NCBI GenBank assembly: GCA_031285625.1
Contig: JAITVV010000092.1
Location: 96,001 to 160,000 of the forward strand
Length of the DNA: 64,000 nt
Origin: Prevotella sp.
Lineage (GTDB): Bacteria > Bacteroidota > Bacteroidia > Bacteroidales > Dysgonomonadaceae
Direction: 5' to 3'
Under the pieces are notes generated by a model. The model was not told the origin of the DNA and did not search any database. It saw only the letters and a list, made by a program, of their open reading frames with translations. Position 1 is the stretch's first letter. The number at the start of each line of letters is the position of its first letter. Position numbers and translations under genes: made by a program. Shown in pieces: positions 11,390 to 21,672 of this stretch.

Positions 11390-12124
11390 TCACTTATGAT
11401 AAGTCAAATTATCCAAATTATATTCTTCCCATGGAATAGCCAGCTTTATCGGAGAGGCAGTAATAAGATCAAGAACTATTTCACTTAAGTTTACCATTGT
11501 TACTACACCCAAATCATTTTTAGCTGCTATTTCGAGGAATATCCTCAGTTCAGATATATAGCTAGCAGCATATTCTTCTGTTTCTTGAGGTATGATATCA
11601 CCATAATTGGCCAAAAGGAGCTTAACTTCATTATCTGTCAGCCAATTTACCATACCATTTCCAAGATATGCATGCAAACTGCCAGACTCCGGAAAACGGA
11701 GTGCTTCCAAATATTTTAAAGCAACAGACTTATAATCCATTTTGTCAAAATCGACAAAATAGCTTAACAACCGTTTACCTAACCTGAAATGAGGAGTAAA
11801 TAAGGCGCATTCAGAAAAAACAATAAGTTGAATAATCCTACTCAGATCTTCAATAGCTTGTATATGTATATTTACAAAAGTATCCTGATTGGTAGCATGC
11901 TTATATATAGAATGAATCTTAAAACCGGCATCAAAATCCCTGCATAGTTTTAAAATATTCTCAATTCTGTGACCTCTATTTGTTACATTATCCCAAAGAA
12001 TGGACTTACCCAGACATGAATTAAAATAATGTTGAAGGATCCGGCCTTCCCCCATCAAGTCTGGCACTATTATATTGTGAAATTTTTTACTATCGAATAA
12101 ATGTAATGTATTGCAATCCCCCAT
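11390..12124 (-). CDS. Hypothetical protein
   Basis: 244-aa ORF, no recognised motif; TATATTTG -7 box just upstream. Confidence 0.6.
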   Translation of the reverse strand: MGDCNTLHLFDSKKFHNIIVPDLMGEGRILQHYFNSCLGKSILWDNVTNRGHRIENILKLCRDFDAGFKIHSIYKHATNQDTFVNIHIQAIEDLSRIIQLIVFSECALFTPHFRLGKRLLSYFVDFDKMDYKSVALKYLEALRFPESGSLHAYLGNGMVNWLTDNEVKLLLANYGDIIPQETEEYAASYISELRIFLEIAAKNDLGVVTMVNLSEIVLDLITASPIKLAIPWEEYNLDNLTYHK

Positions 12125-12161
12125 AATGTTTGATTATAATACAAATATACATTCTAGTTTA

Positions 12162-13175
12162 TTAGTTTACAAGCCAGTTACGAATAGTTAGCATTTTACC
12201 TTCAATCAATCTGTCTATTTCATCTACTGCTTTTTCGAAACGCTCGTCCCAATTTCCCATAATTTCTGTATAAGGGATATCATGTTCATTTAGTGTCTCA
12301 CGGTGTGATGCATCCAGCCTGTTCCGGCTTTCTTCATCCATTCGGGTTCCATCCTGAACAAACTTTACATCATTGCTTAGATATAAATACAAATTAGCTC
12401 TATTGGCATCATATACATGATTATCAAGCATTAAATCTTCGTTGAAAGTAAAACGTCCATATGATTTTGTAATATGAATATCCGTATCGATTATAATAAG
12501 CGGGGAATCTTTTATCTCTGATAACCGAATACGTTTGGCGTGCTCGTCAGCTACCAGATATAAATCGTTAATAGAGAAATCATTCGAATCGGCTATAATA
12601 TCCCTACCTGCCTCAAAAACAGCTATTGCATTATAATGCTTAGCCAATTTTCCGGTCAATACAGTTTTGCCTGTCGATTCGGTTCCCAAAATAACAACCT
12701 TGATAACCATATCAGGCTTTACAGCATCGGGAAGGTATTGCCAATAAGAAAACAGGTCGGAACGTATCTTAGATGCTGCAACCGGAACCATATTCCTTTC
12801 CATATCGAAAAGGATATGTTTTATTCCTATATATTCAGCTATATACTCCCCATAAGGCTCTGAGGTGATAACAGTTGCATAATCTGGAAAATATTCCTTA
12901 AAAACTTCTGTCCATTTCTTTGAAACGTCCCGTGATGATTCGGAAGAATTGGGCAAATCAGATTCTTTATAGTTGAAAGTAATAATTTCGATGTTAGGAA
13001 TATCAGCAAAAGTTTTCTCAATCCAGTTTTCACGAACTTTTGCCGGTATATTTTCCTTATCGCTTGCACAAACAAGTACAGATAAAAAGTCGACCTGTGT
13101 CAAAGCAAAGCGAATCATAGCTTCATGCCCTTTGTGAAAAGGCAGGAATTTACCAAATACAAAACCTTTATTCAT
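12162..13175 (-). CDS. nadR: NadR-like NMN adenylyltransferase / ribosylnicotinamide kinase (no HTH)
   Basis: FGKFLPFHKGH (HxGH), P-loop GTESTGKT, IIDTD, FVQDGTR; adjacent to pnuC. Confidence 0.88.
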   Translation of the reverse strand: MNKGFVFGKFLPFHKGHEAMIRFALTQVDFLSVLVCASDKENIPAKVRENWIEKTFADIPNIEIITFNYKESDLPNSSESSRDVSKKWTEVFKEYFPDYATVITSEPYGEYIAEYIGIKHILFDMERNMVPVAASKIRSDLFSYWQYLPDAVKPDMVIKVVILGTESTGKTVLTGKLAKHYNAIAVFEAGRDIIADSNDFSINDLYLVADEHAKRIRLSEIKDSPLIIIDTDIHITKSYGRFTFNEDLMLDNHVYDANRANLYLYLSNDVKFVQDGTRMDEESRNRLDASHRETLNEHDIPYTEIMGNWDERFEKAVDEIDRLIEGKMLTIRNWLVN

Positions 13176-13791
13176 TTGCCTGCTTTTTATACCAGTTATA
13201 CAATCCATAAGATGCAATAAATAGCAATACCAGATATTCCAATGCTATGAAATAGATGCCTTGCTGATAATACAGCACAATGCAAACGACATCATTTATC
13301 ACCCACAAAGCCCAATTCTCAAACTTCTTCTTAGCCAGCAGGATAGTGGCTACAATACTGATAACCATCACAAACGAGTCTGCATAAGGAAAAGCGGAAG
13401 CTTCTTTAAAATACTCAGGCAATGTAATATGTATGTTACCGATAAAATATCCGGTCAATACTGTTCCTGCTATGATAATCAGGGCAGTCAAGAACAGCCC
13501 TTTGGGTCTCAGCCTTGTAACTTTACTTTCTTCTTCTCCATATTTCCATCTGTACCACCCATATATCGAACTAAAGAAGAAAATAACCTGCAAAAACATA
13601 TTTGCATATAGCTGAACCTGAAAGAAAATGACAAATAAAAATAGTTCATTGACAATACCACTGGGCCATGTCAGTATATTTTCCCTTGATGCCCAATAAA
13701 CACACAACAAACCGAATACTGTACCTATCAGTTCAGCATAGCTAAGTGGGTAGCCCAGTATTTCGAGAAATATATTTTGTATGTCAAACAT
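13168..13791 (-). CDS. pnuC: Nicotinamide riboside transporter PnuC
   Basis: Multi-TM protein, LYANMFLQ, YGWYRW, ENWALW motifs; coupled to nadR. Confidence 0.9.
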   Translation of the reverse strand: MFDIQNIFLEILGYPLSYAELIGTVFGLLCVYWASRENILTWPSGIVNELFLFVIFFQVQLYANMFLQVIFFFSSIYGWYRWKYGEEESKVTRLRPKGLFLTALIIIAGTVLTGYFIGNIHITLPEYFKEASAFPYADSFVMVISIVATILLAKKKFENWALWVINDVVCIVLYYQQGIYFIALEYLVLLFIASYGLYNWYKKQANE

Positions 13792-13811
13792 ATGTTAGTC
13801 ATTAAGAAAAC

Positions 13812-13916
13812 TGTCATTCTGAATGCAATGAAGAATCTCGACCCTCCGGACACGAGAGTTTGGCTCCGCTTCGCTCTGCCGATTTTCAATTCACTTCGTT
13901 CAACATGACAAAGAGA
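13812..13916. repeat. REP-like hairpin repeat, long form (TGTCATTCTGAA...TTCAACATGACA)
   Basis: Near-identical to 18471-18576; terminal inverted repeats TGTCAT/ATGACA. Confidence 0.85.
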
Positions 13917-13917
13917 A

Positions 13918-15909
13918 CTACAACGTATACTTCAAAGATAAATAGAAATTCACCGGTGCTTGTACAAAATACTTCACTGTATTATCATAATCCACATAGG
14001 CATTATTGTAATACTTGGTGTTGGTAATATTGTTTACATAAGCATTCCATTCCATATGTTTGTAAGTATAGCCGATACGTGCATTCAATAATACATAACT
14101 ACCAATTGTTTCAGAATTTGCAAAGTCAATATATGACTTATCCTGATAACGCGCAGATAGTGATATATCAAATTTATCCTTTTGCCATACTACTTCCTGA
14201 TTTACAATAAACTTTGGAGTAAAAATAGGACTGAATTTCTCCCCCTGTTCCTTTATCCGGCTGTGGTTGTACGACGAATTATTGATAAATGCAAACATTG
14301 GAACAGGCTGATAACTGACAGACAATTCTGCTCCCGCCCTATAGCTTTTATCTACTTTATTGGTTAGTGCAAGCCCATTCGGCCCAAAATTACCGTTCAA
14401 TACAATTTCATCTTTGAAGTCCATATAATAAAGATTGGCAGCCAGATTAAGATTCCGGCTTCTGTATCTGAATCCCAATTCATTATCGACAACATATTCA
14501 GGCGAATCTATTACGATTTCAGGTTTTCCGTTTTCATCAACCGTAAGATTCTCATTTCCACCGAACATATCTGTGCGGGTAGGTTCCCTGCCAATACGCC
14601 CTATGCTGTAATATACCTCCATATTATGAGCAGGTTGGTAACTGATACCTGCTTTCGGATTAAAGAAATTCCAGTTTAACTTATCCAGAGGTACATCCCC
14701 TTTGTAATCGAAGTTCGCATGACGATATTGTATATCAGCATAAGCCGTGAAATTGCTGAAGTTATAATCTATCTTCGTATAAACACTAATCTCTTTTTTA
14801 TAGCCGGTATTGCGAAAGTCCTCCCCTGCTGTTCTTTCACTTCCGATGTGCCTGCGGTTGTAGGTATTGGCAAACACTCCTGTTGTCCATTTTACATTCT
14901 TCCAGCTATGGATATAATTAGAATACAGACCGAAAAGATTCGAGCGAAAGGCATAGTTATAGATCTCATCGGTGGAAGGAAGCCCTATGTAATTATTTAT
15001 ATCAAAATCGTAGTTGCCATTCAGATAAGTATAGTAAGCTGCTGATTGCAACAATGAGTTTTCGCCCAATCTGTATATATTATGCAATTGTATCATAGCT
15101 TGTGTAAATTCATCTTTTTCATCTTTGGTATTCGCATTTGTTCTCCTGTCTTTTCGGATAAGCGAGTCCGATACCCCCAGCCATGCCATATCATTCTGCT
15201 GATGTCCGGCAATAATATTCACTTTCCATACAGCTTTATCGGTAAACCAAGCCCCGCTTGCAAACAAAGACTGTGAATGATTTCCCGAATGATGTTTATA
15301 CCCATCCGAATATACTTCCGACAGCCGGGCATAGAATGCCTTGTTATTTACTTCTCCCGATTGTGTTTCTGCATAAGCCCTCAAGCTATTGTATGAACCA
15401 TACCCGATACCGAAAGTCGTCTGTGCCGGATTCCGCAAATTAGGTGAAAATAATTGCACACTTCCGGCATAACTGGCAACTCCGTTCTTGGTAGTACCTA
15501 TTCCCCGCTGTATCTGTACACGGTCGAGCGAATTGAATATATCGGGATAATTGGAGAAATAAGCGCCCTGGTCTTCGGGTTCATTCAGGGGAATACCATC
15601 CAGAGTGATGTTGATACGTGTCTGGTCCATTCCCCTCATTCTGAAATAAGAATAGCTCTGTGTGCTTCCTGCATCGGAATAAGCTGTTATTGAAGGTGTT
15701 TCCATCAGAATAAAGGATGGCTCCTGTCCTATCGATTTCACCTTTAATGTCTTCATTTCAATATTCTGATAGCTGACCGGAGTCGTCTTATTCGCCTGAT
15801 AAGTTACAACAACTTCCTGCAAGCCAATAGTATCAGGCTTGTTTATCTCCTGTGCACATATTATATGAACTAAAAAAGCGAAAGTAACGAGTAGTAATAT
15901 TCTGTACAT
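13918..15909 (-). CDS. TonB-dependent receptor (vitamin-uptake type; probable nicotinamide riboside/pyridine precursor)
   Basis: Signal peptide, LQEVVV TonB box, plug FRMRGMDQTRINITLDGIPLN, C-terminal LKYTL beta strand; upstream of pnuC-nadR. Confidence 0.88.
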   Translation of the reverse strand: MYRILLLVTFAFLVHIICAQEINKPDTIGLQEVVVTYQANKTTPVSYQNIEMKTLKVKSIGQEPSFILMETPSITAYSDAGSTQSYSYFRMRGMDQTRINITLDGIPLNEPEDQGAYFSNYPDIFNSLDRVQIQRGIGTTKNGVASYAGSVQLFSPNLRNPAQTTFGIGYGSYNSLRAYAETQSGEVNNKAFYARLSEVYSDGYKHHSGNHSQSLFASGAWFTDKAVWKVNIIAGHQQNDMAWLGVSDSLIRKDRRTNANTKDEKDEFTQAMIQLHNIYRLGENSLLQSAAYYTYLNGNYDFDINNYIGLPSTDEIYNYAFRSNLFGLYSNYIHSWKNVKWTTGVFANTYNRRHIGSERTAGEDFRNTGYKKEISVYTKIDYNFSNFTAYADIQYRHANFDYKGDVPLDKLNWNFFNPKAGISYQPAHNMEVYYSIGRIGREPTRTDMFGGNENLTVDENGKPEIVIDSPEYVVDNELGFRYRSRNLNLAANLYYMDFKDEIVLNGNFGPNGLALTNKVDKSYRAGAELSVSYQPVPMFAFINNSSYNHSRIKEQGEKFSPIFTPKFIVNQEVVWQKDKFDISLSARYQDKSYIDFANSETIGSYVLLNARIGYTYKHMEWNAYVNNITNTKYYNNAYVDYDNTVKYFVQAPVNFYLSLKYTL

Positions 15910-16017
15910 TTTTATAATAATTAACCGAAAGTTTTTAATAATATTTTCGAATTATAACATACTATTGCTGTTATAAATACAAAATAATAAATAGCTCTGC
16001 GAGCTTAATTTGAGGTG

Positions 16018-16025
16018 CAAAGATA
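16018..16025 (-). promoter_or_regulatory. Bacteroidota -7 promoter for TBDR-pnuC-nadR
   Basis: TATCTTTG on the minus strand about 110 bp upstream of the TBDR start. Confidence 0.55.
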
Positions 16026-16042
16026 ATTAATAATGAATATTA

Positions 16043-16122
16043 ACCCCTCCCGACTTCCCCAAAAGGGAGGTGAAAGATATATCGATTTAATCTCCCCTCC
16101 TTTTGGAGGGGTTGGGGGAGGT
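16043..16122. repeat. CCCCTCC/GGAGGGG-type REP-like palindromic repeat
   Basis: ACCCCTCCCGACTTCCCCAAAAGGGAGG ... CCCCTCCTTTTGGAGGGGTTGGGGGAGGT; GC-rich island overlapping the end of the PurA-like ORF. Confidence 0.7.
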
Positions 16123-17229
16123 GCTCCAATCAGGCCTGTCTTTCATTTCCACTCCATTCACCATTTGCAATAAATTACTATCACCCAGTTCTTTCAGAAA
16201 GGTATCCTTATCTTTCAGTTGGTCGAGGCAAGTGAATATGAGAAACTTATTACTGTCCGGATTGTATATCCTGTCGCAATTGATAGCATGTTCCACCAAT
16301 GAAGCATCAAAAGGAGCAGTGCGGAAAATACCCTGCCAGTCGTTTTCCTGATTTGATTCCGTTGTGGTATTTATAAGTTCTATCTGTTTGTTATCGGGAA
16401 AAGGTCCGTTGCCATGCCGTGTCTGATAACAACGGCTGATATAATAAGTATTGATTACCTCGTCTTTCAATGTACTCTTGCTAATAATTTCCATTGCATT
16501 TTGCGATGTGGTATTGCTTCTTGTCACATGAGGAAAGAAACCGAAGTGCTGGTCTAATAATATACCTTGCGATCCTTCAAATACAAAGTCTTTATACTTT
16601 GCTGCAATATCATCTATTGTTGCAACAGTTACAAAGCTTCTGTAAAATTCAAGGCTTTCTTCCCATGATTCCATTGCTATTTCCAATTCACTCTCATAAG
16701 TGATTTGAGAACTCATGTTCAATGTCTTTACCCTATCTTCATAATATCTTTTGATAAAGGACATTTTAGTTTCAAATACATACGGAGTTTTTAAATCGTT
16801 TGTGTAAAGGTTGAAGAAGTCTTCGTTTCGTTGTAAAGTTGTACCGAATCCAACCCCGCATGTACCATGTCCGGTAATCATAGACAAAGCCCTGTTGAAA
16901 GCTAAATCATAAGGTGTAGTAAGCATTGCCATTGGATGAACATAATATGCTTTTCTTTCTATTGCTAACAACTCAAGAGCTTTGTATTCATTCAGAAAAG
17001 CAATAGGAAAGACCGTGCAATGCTGGCTTATATAGGTTGATGCACCCTGAAATGCTCCAGCTCCGAACTGTGAGAATATATGCTTCTTTCCATCTGCAGA
17101 AATGGCCGTATGTCCGCATTGATGCCCTCCTGAAAAGCGAATGACAAGCGCTTCAGGGTGAGACAGGGAATGGACTGCCTGCCCTTTCCCTTCGTCTCCG
17201 AAACCTGTGCCTAATACTATGTTAATCAT
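16087..17229 (-). CDS. Divergent adenylosuccinate synthetase-like ligase (short PurA paralogue)
   Basis: GFGDEGKG, RFSGGHQCGHT, HGTCGVG, FEGSQGILLD, FPHVTRSNT, YQTRHGNGP; lacks the TTGRxR aspartate loop. Confidence 0.88.
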   Translation of the reverse strand: MINIVLGTGFGDEGKGQAVHSLSHPEALVIRFSGGHQCGHTAISADGKKHIFSQFGAGAFQGASTYISQHCTVFPIAFLNEYKALELLAIERKAYYVHPMAMLTTPYDLAFNRALSMITGHGTCGVGFGTTLQRNEDFFNLYTNDLKTPYVFETKMSFIKRYYEDRVKTLNMSSQITYESELEIAMESWEESLEFYRSFVTVATIDDIAAKYKDFVFEGSQGILLDQHFGFFPHVTRSNTTSQNAMEIISKSTLKDEVINTYYISRCYQTRHGNGPFPDNKQIELINTTTESNQENDWQGIFRTAPFDASLVEHAINCDRIYNPDSNKFLIFTCLDQLKDKDTFLKELGDSNLLQMVNGVEMKDRPDWSTSPNPSKRRGD

Positions 17230-17275
17230 AATTTTAAAAGAAATAGTAGATTACCTAAAAAATATTCATGTATTT

Positions 17276-17346
17276 TGTCATACTGAGTGCAACGAAGTAT
17301 CTCGACCCTATTGGACACGAGATGTTTCACTCCGTTCAACATGACA
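17276..17346. repeat. REP-like hairpin repeat, short form
   Basis: TGTCATACTGAGTGCAACGAAGTATCTCG...CGAGATGTTTCACTCCGTTCAACATGACA, similar to 44870-44939. Confidence 0.8.
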
Positions 17347-17350
17347 AACA

Positions 17351-18280
17351 CTATAATGTGATTACCGATGACCCGTTATTATACCTATCAGGAACAAGCG
17401 AATCTATTTTAGCAAGAGTGGTTGAGATATTCGAAGCAGTGGCATTGTCAAATGATTTTAGTATCTTATCCATATCCGCACCATTAATTACCGATACAGT
17501 TGTACCAATCAGTTCAGCAATATTATCACTGTCTTTCAAAACCAGAAACCGTTCGCCTAACAACTTTTTCCACTTATCTTCTATATAACTTGACTCATAG
17601 CTACCATCCTCCACATGAATATGGAATACATGGTATTTTTCCAATGCAGCATTATACAGTTGTTCTGCCGTATAATTAGCCGGAGTTTCTTTCATACCCA
17701 TCATATTTTGGATAAAGCGTCCGTTATAATCCGGATGAAAAGATTCGTCCCCAATAGTAAATAAAAAACCTTTCATCCCTCTTTTTTCGTATGCATCGGT
17801 AGATGTATGATATCCCGCCACATACCATGCCAATGGATATGATTCCATCGCCTGTCCTCCACCGCAACCTTCAATATAAATATCGGCAAGGCTATCTACC
17901 AGCTTAGTCGTTTCCTGTTCAAACTGTCCAATCTGTAATGGAACATTATCTGATATATGGTCTCCTATTGCACCGAAACATATCTGTGCATCATTTACCC
18001 CGTGCAGAATAAGTGTATCCATCATCTTCGGAAATTTGTTCTGTATCAGGTGATAAGGTATCTGACCCATAGAACCAGTTACATCTACAAATACCATAAC
18101 CGGTACACTATACGGATGGTCTGCAGAGTCTCGGCATTCACGCATCCCATTTTTCAGCAATGCCGGATTCATTGTATCTTTCAGCGAGTCTGAGAAAATC
18201 TGGTTTGCAGATTTTGAACCATAGTTACGGGCACTTGTTACTGCGTTGTACGTTCTTGATGAATAATGTCCTGTTCCCAT
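17351..18280 (-). CDS. von Willebrand A (MIDAS) domain protein
   Basis: VMVFVDVTGSMG (DxTGS), FGAIGDH, EGCGGGQAMESY, FLFTIGDE. Confidence 0.85.
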   Translation of the reverse strand: MGTGHYSSRTYNAVTSARNYGSKSANQIFSDSLKDTMNPALLKNGMRECRDSADHPYSVPVMVFVDVTGSMGQIPYHLIQNKFPKMMDTLILHGVNDAQICFGAIGDHISDNVPLQIGQFEQETTKLVDSLADIYIEGCGGGQAMESYPLAWYVAGYHTSTDAYEKRGMKGFLFTIGDESFHPDYNGRFIQNMMGMKETPANYTAEQLYNAALEKYHVFHIHVEDGSYESSYIEDKWKKLLGERFLVLKDSDNIAELIGTTVSVINGADMDKILKSFDNATASNISTTLAKIDSLVPDRYNNGSSVITL

Positions 18281-18332
18281 AATCTTTAATTTTTAGAAAG
18301 TTTGTAATCAGTTGAAAAGTCCTTAAATATAA

Positions 18333-18410
18333 TTTACGTATTATTTACGCAAACAAAGTAAGAAATAAATATTCAATCTAACAAATAAATTTGCGTATAT
18401 TTTACGCAAA
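18333..18410 (-). promoter_or_regulatory. Paired NrtR-type operators upstream of the vWA gene
   Basis: TTTACGTATTATTTACGCAAA (18333-18353) and TTTGCGTATATTTTACGCAAA (18390-18410). Confidence 0.85.
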
Positions 18411-18470
18411 TAAAAATAAATAATAGATTATGAGATAATTACAAATAAAAAATAAATTGTATCGAAAGTT

Positions 18471-18576
18471 TGTCATTCTGAATGTAATGAAGAATCCCGA
18501 CCCTCCGGGGCACGAGAGTTTGGCTCCGCTTCGCTCTGCCGATTTTCAATTCACTCCGTTCAACATGACAAAGAGA
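18471..18576. repeat. REP-like hairpin repeat, long form
   Basis: Near-identical to 13812-13916. Confidence 0.85.
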
Positions 18577-18630
18577 TAAATAAAAAAGCCCTTGAATTAT
18601 CAAAGGCTTCATTATCATATAGTAGTATTT

Positions 18631-19212
18631 CTATATCTTTTTCAGAAATTCACACAAAGCTTTTGTAGCTAAAGCACGGTGACTAATATTGTTTTTTACA
18701 TCCATACCCAATTGGGCGAATGTTTCAGTATATCCATCAGGTTGAAAGATAGGGTCATAACCAAAACCGGCGCTACCCTTTTCTTCTGTGATAATAACTC
18801 CTTCTATCTTCCCTTCAAACATATATTCTTTACCATCCAAAATCAGCGCAATCACAGAGCGGAATTGGGCTTTTCTGTTTGTAATGCCATCCAACTCTTT
18901 CAATAGCTTCTTCATATTGGCTTTAGCATCGTGGTCTCCACCTGCATAACGAGCCGAATATACACCCGGAGCACCATTGAGGGCATCTACTTCGAGTCCG
19001 GTATCATCACCGAAGCAGTCATAACCGTATTTCTCTTTAACATAGCAGGCTTTGATTAAAGCATTTTCCTCTAATGTCTCGCCCGGCTCTTCTATATCTT
19101 CGTAGCAACCAATATCTTTCAGGCTAAGTATATCGAAATTTTCTCCCACAACTTCTTTTACCTCTTCCAGTTTATGGGCATTGTTGGTAGCAAATACTAA
19201 TTTTCTTTTCAT
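18631..19212 (-). CDS. rdgB: dITP/XTP pyrophosphatase (RdgB/HAM1)
   Basis: [23 protein letters not shown] motifs. Confidence 0.95.
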   Translation of the reverse strand: MKRKLVFATNNAHKLEEVKEVVGENFDILSLKDIGCYEDIEEPGETLEENALIKACYVKEKYGYDCFGDDTGLEVDALNGAPGVYSARYAGGDHDAKANMKKLLKELDGITNRKAQFRSVIALILDGKEYMFEGKIEGVIITEEKGSAGFGYDPIFQPDGYTETFAQLGMDVKNNISHRALATKALCEFLKKI

Positions 19213-20411
19213 TTCTCCTCCAATGAATTATAGGCTTCCAAAGCTTTTTCCAATACAGTAAGCGCCTTGCCTAAATCTTCCTTTTTCAGCACATAAGCTA
19301 TACGCACTTCGTTCTTACCCAGTCCGGGAGTTGTGTAAAAGCCAGATGCCGGAGCCATAAAAATAGTTTCTCCTTCATATTCAAAATCAGACAGACACCA
19401 TGCACAGAACTTATCAGCATCATCTACCGGTAGGCGCGCTACGGTATAGAAAGCACCCATCGGTATAGGTGAATACACCCCTGGAATACGATTCAGCCTG
19501 TCGATAAGGAATTTTCGCCTTTCCACATATTCCTCATACATATCCTGTATATATTCATGCGTCGCATCCAGTGAGGCTTCCGCAGCTATTTGACCGATAA
19601 GTGGCGGACTAAGACGAGCTTGGCATAACTTCATCACCGTTTTGCGAAGCTCTTTATTTTTTGTTATTAATGCACCGATACGGATACCGCACTCACTATA
19701 TCGCTTCGAAACGGAATCGATAAGCACAACATTTTCTTCTATTCCAACCAGATGGCAAGCTGAGACATAAGGAGAGTTGGTATATATAAAATCGCGGTAT
19801 ACTTCATCAGAAAACAGATATAAGTCGTATTTCTGCACCAGATGCTTAATCTGATTCATTTCTGCACGTGAGTATAAATAGCCTGTGGGGTTATTCGGAT
19901 TACAAATCAGAATACCTTTTGTGCGTTCATTGATAAGCGCTTCAAATTTTTCTACAGGTGGCAATGCAAAACCCTCTTCAATAGTAGATGATACGGTACG
20001 GATAACAGCTCCTGCCGATGCTGCAAATGCCATATAATTAGCGTAGGCCGGTTCGGGAACAATAATCTCATCACCCGGATCAAGACAAGCCAGGAAAGCA
20101 AAAAGAACAGCCTCAGAACCTCCCGTTGTTACAATTATATCATCCGGCGATACACTTATATTGTATTTTGTATAATAACCCACAAGTTTTTCCCGATAAG
20201 AACGGTAACCGTCACTCGGGCTATATTCCAATACTGTACGGTCTATATTTCGTATCGCGTCAAGGGCCTCCTCTGGAGTTGGCAGGTCTGGCTGACCTAT
20301 ATTCAGATGATATACTTTCAGTCCTCTTGCTTTTGCAGAGTCTGATAACGGAGCCAATTTCCTGATTGGAGAATTCGGCATATCTATTCCTCGTTGCGAA
20401 ATTTGTGGCAT
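19209..20411 (-). CDS. Class I PLP-dependent (aspartate-type) aminotransferase
   Basis: [32 protein letters not shown]. Confidence 0.93.
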   Translation of the reverse strand: MPQISQRGIDMPNSPIRKLAPLSDSAKARGLKVYHLNIGQPDLPTPEEALDAIRNIDRTVLEYSPSDGYRSYREKLVGYYTKYNISVSPDDIIVTTGGSEAVLFAFLACLDPGDEIIVPEPAYANYMAFAASAGAVIRTVSSTIEEGFALPPVEKFEALINERTKGILICNPNNPTGYLYSRAEMNQIKHLVQKYDLYLFSDEVYRDFIYTNSPYVSACHLVGIEENVVLIDSVSKRYSECGIRIGALITKNKELRKTVMKLCQARLSPPLIGQIAAEASLDATHEYIQDMYEEYVERRKFLIDRLNRIPGVYSPIPMGAFYTVARLPVDDADKFCAWCLSDFEYEGETIFMAPASGFYTTPGLGKNEVRIAYVLKKEDLGKALTVLEKALEAYNSLEEK

Positions 20412-20671
20412 AATAAAGATTATCTATTCTTATTAACAATAAGGCACAAATATACAAATAATAGGAATATATTAAGGTTTGAGCGGAAGAATAGATTTAT
20501 TTAATTGATATATAATCTAGAAAACATTAGATTGTTAAATATAAGAACAAAGTATACGTTTTTAACTCATACTTTTTTTATTTATAGCTTTTTGGAACAT
20601 TATATTTTATTTTTTTACTAATTTTGCAGGCTGAATTTGAATCGCTTATAATTAATTATTAAATATTGAAA

Positions 20672-21571
20672 ATGAAAGCATTTGTATTCCCTGGACAAGG
20701 GGCTCAATTTGTAGGAATGGGAAAAGACCTTTATGAAACATCTCCCGTAGCAAAAGAAATGTTTGAGAAGGCAAACGAAATTCTAGGATTTCGTATAACA
20801 GACCTGATGTTTGCCGGAACTGATGAAGATCTTCGTCAAACAAAAGTTACCCAACCTGCTATTTTTCTACATTCAGTAATTTTAGCTAAAACAATGGGTG
20901 AAGATTTCACACCGGAAATGGTTGCAGGTCACTCATTAGGTGAATTTTCAGCATTAGTTGCTGCTAACGCTTTATCTTTCGAAGACGGACTAAGACTAGT
21001 ATATAAACGTGCTTTGGCTATGCAGAAAGCATGTGAAATGAATCCTTCAACAATGGCTGCCGTACTTGGCTTACCTGATGCTAAAGTTGAAGAAATATGT
21101 GCTTCAATCAAGGATGAAGTTGTAGTTCCGGCAAACTATAATTGCCCCGGACAAGTGGTTATATCCGGTACCAATGCAGGTATCGATCTGGCTTGTGAAC
21201 TTCTTTTGGCCGCTGGAGCAAAACGTGCACTAAAACTAAAAGTAGGCGGTGCATTCCATTCCCCATTGATGGAACCTGCCAAAATAGAATTATCAGAAGC
21301 AATAAATACAACAATATTTGCTTTACCAACATGCCCTGTTTACCAAAATGTATCAACAGTTGGTGAGTCCGATCCTTTGACTATCAAGGCAAACCTGATT
21401 GCACAATTAACAGCTCCTGTAAAATGGACTCAATCGGTAGAACATATGGTGGCTGATGGCGCTACAGAGTTTATTGAACTTGGACCAGGAAATGTACTAC
21501 AAGGACTGGTAAAGAAAATAGCTCCACAAGTAGCTACCAGCGGAAAGCAACAACTTGTTAATTGCCTTTAA
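20672..21571 (+). CDS. fabD: Malonyl-CoA:ACP transacylase
   Basis: FPGQGAQ, GHSLGE, GAFHS. Confidence 0.96.
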   Translation: MKAFVFPGQGAQFVGMGKDLYETSPVAKEMFEKANEILGFRITDLMFAGTDEDLRQTKVTQPAIFLHSVILAKTMGEDFTPEMVAGHSLGEFSALVAANALSFEDGLRLVYKRALAMQKACEMNPSTMAAVLGLPDAKVEEICASIKDEVVVPANYNCPGQVVISGTNAGIDLACELLLAAGAKRALKLKVGGAFHSPLMEPAKIELSEAINTTIFALPTCPVYQNVSTVGESDPLTIKANLIAQLTAPVKWTQSVEHMVADGATEFIELGPGNVLQGLVKKIAPQVATSGKQQLVNCL

Positions 21572-21672
21572 GGTCGCAGACCTATTTATTGCTTTCATAT
21601 CTATAACAGCAATAGGGCGTTATGATTAAATAATGTTTCAGTAAATATTTCTTTTACTAAATTAGGGCTAAG

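Noticed and set aside
15910-16017. TPP or NAD riboswitch upstream of the TBDR
   Set aside because: AT-rich leader without the CUGAGA/GGGA TPP core or any other recognisable aptamer; only short hairpins
16087-17229. PurZ (2-aminoadenine Z-genome) synthetase
   Set aside because: It retains GDEGKG with Asp rather than the PurZ Ser, and there is no phage, datZ or mazZ context
13812-18576. CRISPR array or IS element from the repeated hairpins
   Set aside because: Copies are isolated, with no regular repeat-spacer pattern and no cas or transposase gene in the window
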